A stretch of DNA of 64,000 nt. It comes from Ignavibacteriota bacterium (lineage in GTDB: Bacteria; Bacteroidota; Ignavibacteria; Palsa-1295). Within the stretch, counting starts at the first letter, position 1, and every line of letters starts with the position of its first letter. Below the pieces are notes generated by a model, which saw nothing but the letters and a program-made list of their open reading frames with translations, did not search any database and was not told the origin of the DNA. The position numbers and the translations under genes are program-made. Of the stretch, positions 59,277-64,000 are shown one piece after another. The stretch spans positions 2,414-66,413 of the forward strand of contig CAWCCK010000003.1 of NCBI GenBank assembly GCA_963794025.1. Reading direction: 5' to 3'.

Positions 59277-61487
59277 TTATTTTATATCGCTTTCTATCGT
59301 TGCGCGAACGGTGCGCGACAGCACGCGCCCTTCCGGGATCGAATTGTCGAACAGGTTATCTCTGGAACCGCGCGATTCCAATGCGAGTGGGGGAACCTTC
59401 TCGCCGAGTTTTTTTAGTTCCGCTTCCAGCATTTGTGCCGCGCGCGTGACGCGGTCGCGGGCAAGGCGGTCGTTGAAGGCATCGTCGCCTGTTTTATCGG
59501 TATGTCCGGTGAGCGTCACATGCGTCTGATGCTGCACGGCGGAGGCCATCGCGTTGATAATCACTTCCGATTCTTTTTTATCGAGCTGAGAGGAACTATA
59601 ATCGAATAGGATGAGGCTGTATCGTTCCAACTGTTTATCGAGCACGGTATCGTTGCCGAGTACGGTGTCGCCGGCGTGGTGCGTCACGTCGCTGGTTTGT
59701 TTATGCAGACGAATAATGCCACCCGCCTGCGCGGTATCGCCTGTGCTATCGATGGCAGTAAAAACATAGCGGAGGGAATCTTCTGCGTTCGGAGCATCGT
59801 CGGGCATGGAGTGATCGTCGATCGTCCAGAGATATTCGCTTGCCGCGCTATCGCTCAGCGCGTCGATGGTACGCAAAACACGCCCCTGTTGATAGACCGT
59901 GATCGTCGCGGAACGAATACCGGCGTTGGCGGTGATCTCCGGCTCGAAATCGATACGCGGCGGCGTAGCTACGCGCTCGATGCGTTCGGTCCAGAGCGGC
60001 GCGGTGATCTCGGGCGTCGAGGGAATGATTTCCACGCGACGGTTCTCTGCTTCGCCGAACGGATTGTGATCGTCGGAAGCGATCTCCGGCAAACCCCGTT
60101 CGCGCACTCGTAAACGTTCCCGCGTAATGCCCCACACATTCACGAGATAATCCTGCACGCTTTTCGCTCGATTCATGGAAATGACGCTCCAAAGAAGTGA
60201 ATCATCAGGCGAGTGCTCGCTTCTGGTTCCCGTGAGCGTCACGCTTGCTTCGGGATTCTTTTCGAGCCGTTCCCCCAATATATCCAGCACATGATGATGA
60301 ATCTCAAGCGCGTTTGCCGTGAAGAGATCTTTTTCGTGGAAGTTCCCGCGCGTACCGGCGGTCTCGCGGTGATAGCGTTCGGGGATCTGGCTCGAGCCGT
60401 CATCGAAAAAGACGTAATGCAGCATGGGATACACTTCCGTCACATGCGTGCGCTCGATAGAGATGACCGGCTCGGATACTTCCCTTCCATCGTTGCCAAC
60501 GCCTAATGCTTTGACGGAAACGGTGAGCATGGCGCGCTTCGGCGGCGCGGGCGAAGATGGCGTTTCAACCGGCTTTGGTTCCGCTTGCTGCGGTGCGGGA
60601 ATGTTGTTTACGATGGCCGGCGCGGGTTCCTGCACCGGAGGTTCGGATAAGTGATAGACGAGCGAGACAGATGCGCCGACTGTAACCAGATTCAAACCAC
60701 CAATTGGAATTGGAGAAAATATCGACGAGAATGCTGTGAATGGAACCGATGCGCCGATGGATGGGCGTAAAGCCAAATGTGGCTCGAACGGCAATTCCAA
60801 ACTTGCGCTAAATTCCATCCCTGCTTGCAGAGGATTAATCGTGGTGATCGTACCGCTGGATATAGGACGGGTTGGCGTTCCATAATTGACATACACCGCT
60901 GATGGATCGGTCGGTGGTATCAATGCTTCCGTTTCATTATAGGAACGATTGACAAGGTACCCCAAATATGGCCCTGCTGAAACGCGAAGCATGGGAAAGA
61001 TAGAATACGAAAGAAGAACAGCGCCAGCCGCCATATCTATGTTCGCGTCATAATACCGTTCTCTGGTAACGGGAACCGGTTGGTCAGTATTGGGGTCACG
61101 CGCGTTCGGCATATCGCCGGTCGGATTGGCGAGAATGTTGAACGACGAGGACAGATTATCGTATTCCAATTTCGCATCGATCGAAAATTTACCGGCAAGC
61201 GGGAAGGTTATTCCGCCGAAACCGCTTGGCGCACCCTGCGATCCATGATGAAAGACGCCGCACAGATCGCTCCCATCATAGGCCTGGATATTAGCAAAGC
61301 CGATATTCGATGCGAACGAACCCCCGATAAAATACGAAGGCCGTTGATCTTGCGCATGAAGTGAACCATTCGCAACGCAGGACATCACGGCAAAAAAAAG
61401 CACAACGCATCCACGCGCCTTTAAAATCGAGGCGCGGTGAGGTAGCGGATAATTGCGTATCCTTGCGTTTGTAGCAACCCGTCTCAT
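59277..61487 (-). CDS. OmpA/MotB-family protein with two OmpA_C-like domains (paralog of the truncated gene at 1..846).
   Basis: …NRAKSVQDYL…ENRRVEI… then …LILFDYSSSQLD…LTGHTDKTGDDAFNDRLARDRV…. Confidence 0.75.
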   Translation of the reverse strand: MRRVATNARIRNYPLPHRASILKARGCVVLFFAVMSCVANGSLHAQDQRPSYFIGGSFASNIGFANIQAYDGSDLCGVFHHGSQGAPSGFGGITFPLAGKFSIDAKLEYDNLSSSFNILANPTGDMPNARDPNTDQPVPVTRERYYDANIDMAAGAVLLSYSIFPMLRVSAGPYLGYLVNRSYNETEALIPPTDPSAVYVNYGTPTRPISSGTITTINPLQAGMEFSASLELPFEPHLALRPSIGASVPFTAFSSIFSPIPIGGLNLVTVGASVSLVYHLSEPPVQEPAPAIVNNIPAPQQAEPKPVETPSSPAPPKRAMLTVSVKALGVGNDGREVSEPVISIERTHVTEVYPMLHYVFFDDGSSQIPERYHRETAGTRGNFHEKDLFTANALEIHHHVLDILGERLEKNPEASVTLTGTRSEHSPDDSLLWSVISMNRAKSVQDYLVNVWGITRERLRVRERGLPEIASDDHNPFGEAENRRVEIIPSTPEITAPLWTERIERVATPPRIDFEPEITANAGIRSATITVYQQGRVLRTIDALSDSAASEYLWTIDDHSMPDDAPNAEDSLRYVFTAIDSTGDTAQAGGIIRLHKQTSDVTHHAGDTVLGNDTVLDKQLERYSLILFDYSSSQLDKKESEVIINAMASAVQHQTHVTLTGHTDKTGDDAFNDRLARDRVTRAAQMLEAELKKLGEKVPPLALESRGSRDNLFDNSIPEGRVLSRTVRATIESDIK

Positions 61488-61590
61488 TCTCCTCAGAAGC
61501 TGGAGATTCGAATGGCAACGCGCATCACGCGCAGGGTTCCGCGCGTGGTATGCTCATGGTTCTTACTACCGAATTATTCGGTTGGGAATC

Positions 61591-62325
61591 TTATTTCGCT
61601 GCCGACGAATCGTTAGGTCGGTTAATATGAGTCTTAGTCCGCATCGTGCCGGCATTGCTCGTGGACGTTTCAGGAATCGAATTCGGCGCGACGATCTGTG
61701 TCGGCGTTTGCCCTATTCCTGCATCCGAAACATGGTTAGCATGATGCACAGCCACTCCATCAGAATGGCTGCTATTATTTAAGCCATAAGGGGCAGTAAT
61801 TGGTTCATTTGTCTGGACAGTGGTGGGCGTTTTCACTGGAACAACACTTGGAATCGTCGAAACCGATCGCATAACAGGGGCATCGTGGGAGATGCCAGGC
61901 GTAGCTTCCGTATAGTGCATAACAGCCGTCGTTGAAAGCACACCAAGTGCCACGCCGGCCGTGAGAGCCAGCGTTGGCATTCGCAAAATAGAACGGAAGA
62001 ACGACATTTTCGGCATCATCCCGGCAGCTTGCGCTTCAGCTTGCGATGCAGATTGGCGCGTGAACTCCTGATCCAAAAGCGGCGCGGCGGTGGCCGAGAG
62101 TCCCAGCGCAGCCAGCGTCCGGTAGCGAACGTGCGCGACGGGATGACCGCTCATGCCCGCGTGGAGCGCGTCCTTATCGGAACGAACCGCTTTCATTAGT
62201 TCCAGCTGCGAGCGAAACGCGATGCGCATCTGATCGCTCGCGGCGACCGAGATGAGAAAATTCTGCTCCTCCGAAGAGGACATGGTATGCTCGAAATACC
62301 GGTTTAATTGTTCTTCTTGTTTCAT
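61591..62325 (-). CDS. Putative anti-sigma factor (single TM, Pro/Thr-rich extracytoplasmic tail).
   Basis: Directly downstream of the ECF sigma factor gene on the same strand. One hydrophobic helix (LALTAGVALGVLSTTAV). Confidence 0.4.
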   Translation of the reverse strand: MKQEEQLNRYFEHTMSSSEEQNFLISVAASDQMRIAFRSQLELMKAVRSDKDALHAGMSGHPVAHVRYRTLAALGLSATAAPLLDQEFTRQSASQAEAQAAGMMPKMSFFRSILRMPTLALTAGVALGVLSTTAVMHYTEATPGISHDAPVMRSVSTIPSVVPVKTPTTVQTNEPITAPYGLNNSSHSDGVAVHHANHVSDAGIGQTPTQIVAPNSIPETSTSNAGTMRTKTHINRPNDSSAAK

Positions 62326-62356
62326 GACCGTTTATGTGGTTAAAGGCAAACTATAG

Positions 62357-63094
62357 CTAAATAAAATTTGTGGGATCGTCGTCCTCGCCGAGGCCGAGCC
62401 ATCCCTGAATAAACTTCCTGAGACGCGCCCGAGCGCGGTGAGCGCGTACTTTCACATTCGCTTCCGGCACGCCCATCATTTCTGCGATCTCCGGAAAAGA
62501 GAAGCCGGAGTATTCGTGAAGCACGAAGGTTTCGCGCTGATCGAACGGCAGCTTGGTGAGCGCGCGAACCATCAGCGCTTGAATTTCGCGTCCCGAAGCC
62601 GCGCGCGACATTGGCTCCGTCATCACGAATTCCAATGGTTCCTCGCCGCCCATCGCTTGATCTTCGATGCTATCCTCATGCAATTCCAGATGCAAGTGGT
62701 TCAAACAAAGATTCCGCGCGCTGTGAAAGATGAGTCCCCGAAAATGATCGATGTGGGGATTCTTCTTCCCACGCAGTTCAAAGATGCGCGTCCAGATTTC
62801 CTGGAACGCATCTTCTGCTGCGACCTCGTTGTGCATCATGCGCTTGCAATAGTAGAACAGCGAGTGCTCGTACTTCGCGTAGAGTTCCAAGAATGCTTCA
62901 TCGCTGCCGGCAAGGAATGCTTGCTTCTGCGCCTCATCCGGATCACCATTATTTAAAAGAGCCGAGAGAGGCGCTTCGTCAGAATACACAGGCGCCAAGG
63001 ATGAACGGGTTGGCACGGGTGACCCTCCGGCGAGAACGCTTTTCGCTCCGCCAGCTACCGAACCACCCATTCCTATCCTTGACGCTTTGTGCAT
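62357..63094 (-). CDS. RNA polymerase sigma-70 factor, ECF subfamily (true start probably internal, about 62960).
   Basis: Region 2 (…AEDAFQEIWTRIF…) and region 4 HTH (…FSFPEIAEMMGVPEANVKVRAHRARARLR…). Confidence 0.8.
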   Translation of the reverse strand: MHKASRIGMGGSVAGGAKSVLAGGSPVPTRSSLAPVYSDEAPLSALLNNGDPDEAQKQAFLAGSDEAFLELYAKYEHSLFYYCKRMMHNEVAAEDAFQEIWTRIFELRGKKNPHIDHFRGLIFHSARNLCLNHLHLELHEDSIEDQAMGGEEPLEFVMTEPMSRAASGREIQALMVRALTKLPFDQRETFVLHEYSGFSFPEIAEMMGVPEANVKVRAHRARARLRKFIQGWLGLGEDDDPTNFI

Positions 63095-63340
63095 CTATTA
63101 AGAAGACCCGCGAAAAGGCAAAAGGTTACAGTTGGTCACTGTTTTTTACCAAAATTTTATATGAAATTTAAAAAATGCCGTTTTTGAGCGGTTTTTGGGA
63201 TTCGTAGGTCGGTGCTTCCAGCCCGACCGCCCATTCGTAGGCGCACCGGTAGGCGCACCTTTCAAGGTGCGCCGAATGTTTCCGGTCGTCCATTTCGCCG
63301 TACTTTGAAAGGTACGCCTACGAAGACGCCTACGAAACCC

Positions 63341-64000
63341 ATGTCCGATATTTTCATCTCCTACTCCCGCAAAGATTCCGAGCATGCGTTAGCGCTTGCC
63401 GAACGTCTGCGTTCGTCCGGAATGGGAGTGTGGATCGATCAGCGGGGAATCGAAGCGGCGACAAGCTGGTCGGGCGAGATCGCGGATGCTATTGCCGCAT
63501 GTAAGACTTTCGTAGTGCTGCTAAGTCCCAGTTCGGTCGCGTCTGAAAATGTGATGAAAGAAGTCTCGCTCGCTGCGAGCAGCAAGAAGAAGATATTACC
63601 ACTCGATCTCGAACCGGTTGAGCTAACACGCGATATTGCTTATCACCTTGCTGGAATCCAGCGTGCAGCAATATCGGATTTTGATGGGATCATGCGGGCA
63701 CTGGATAAATTAGGTGTAGCGCGGGCTTCAGCCCGCAGCTCTGAGCAGCGGGCTGAAGCCCGCGCTACACCGCTCGATGACAGAAAATCCCTCATGATTC
63801 TCCCATTCGAAGATTTATCCCCAACCGCCGATAACCAGTGGTTTGCCGATGGAATAGTTAGCGAAATGATTTCCGCGCTTTCGAATGTGAAAGCAATTCG
63901 CATTGCCGATAATCAGGCGACAAAAGAGTTCCGAAACTATCACGGGCAACTCACGACTTACGCGCAGACGATGAACATTCGCTATTTCGTGCAAGGAGAT
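63341..64000 (+). CDS. TIR-domain protein (5' part; continues beyond the window). The TIR is followed by an ILPFEDLS…DNQWFADGI module.
   Basis: DIFISYSRKDSE…VWID… is the canonical bacterial TIR N-terminus. Second module matches the 'LPF…FADG' start of many periplasmic/TPR regulator proteins. Confidence 0.7.
   Translation, partial: MSDIFISYSRKDSEHALALAERLRSSGMGVWIDQRGIEAATSWSGEIADAIAACKTFVVLLSPSSVASENVMKEVSLAASSKKKILPLDLEPVELTRDIAYHLAGIQRAAISDFDGIMRALDKLGVARASARSSEQRAEARATPLDDRKSLMILPFEDLSPTADNQWFADGIVSEMISALSNVKAIRIADNQATKEFRNYHGQLTTYAQTMNIRYFVQGD

Noticed and set aside
1-64000. tRNA, rRNA or other canonical RNA genes
   Set aside because: Intergenic regions were inspected by eye for cloverleaf-like tRNA signatures and rRNA-like conservation. 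None convincing. A tRNAscan or Infernal run would be needed to be certain.

Overview
This 64-kb window looks like chromosome from a bacterium of the Fibrobacteres–Chlorobi–Bacteroidetes (FCB) group (Ignavibacteria/Bacteroidota-like), at roughly 55–58% GC. Placement and functions: several proteins end in a type-IX-secretion (T9SS) C-terminal sorting domain of the 'NYPNPFN...' kind. PorX-like and PorE-like genes are present. Housekeeping genes identified: dinB, recJ, ssb, xerD, nadD, purS, purQ, pssA, pfkA, ribD, yicC, gatC, rlmN, and three tandem tatA paralogs. There is a TetR-controlled HlyD/MFS/TolC efflux operon and a cluster of paralogous T9SS cargo/adhesin genes. Accessory content: (1) a low-GC three-gene island (about 3.1–5.1 kb) encoding a small antitoxin-like protein, a small multi-pass membrane protein, and a trypsin-fold (S1, GDSG) serine protease with an unrecognised ~240-aa N-terminal domain. 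This is the best candidate for an undescribed defence or conflict module. (2) A second low-GC island (28.8–30.9 kb) of small membrane proteins. (3) A zeta-toxin-like P-loop kinase with an overlapping small downstream ORF. (4) A TIR-domain protein truncated at the window end. Repeats: the intergenic DNA is unusually rich in small structured repeat families — a 145–180-bp MITE-like element with GTCATCCTGAGCGGAG terminal inverted repeats, hairpin elements ending in AATCATGGTTCAGACA, GGGAGAGGG-type hairpins that sit inside two coding sequences, and palindromic GGGGCCAATGGCATTGGCCC terminators. It also has a 7-nt microsatellite and an array of ~75-bp structured units. Regulation: a 12-bp palindrome, ATAGG-CA-CCTAT, lies between promoter and start codon of dinB and ssb and upstream of the zeta-like gene, and I propose it as a DNA-damage or stress operator. 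Caveats: five genes show apparent frameshifts. That points either to indel errors in the assembly or to real gene decay. No tRNA, rRNA or CRISPR array was recognised.
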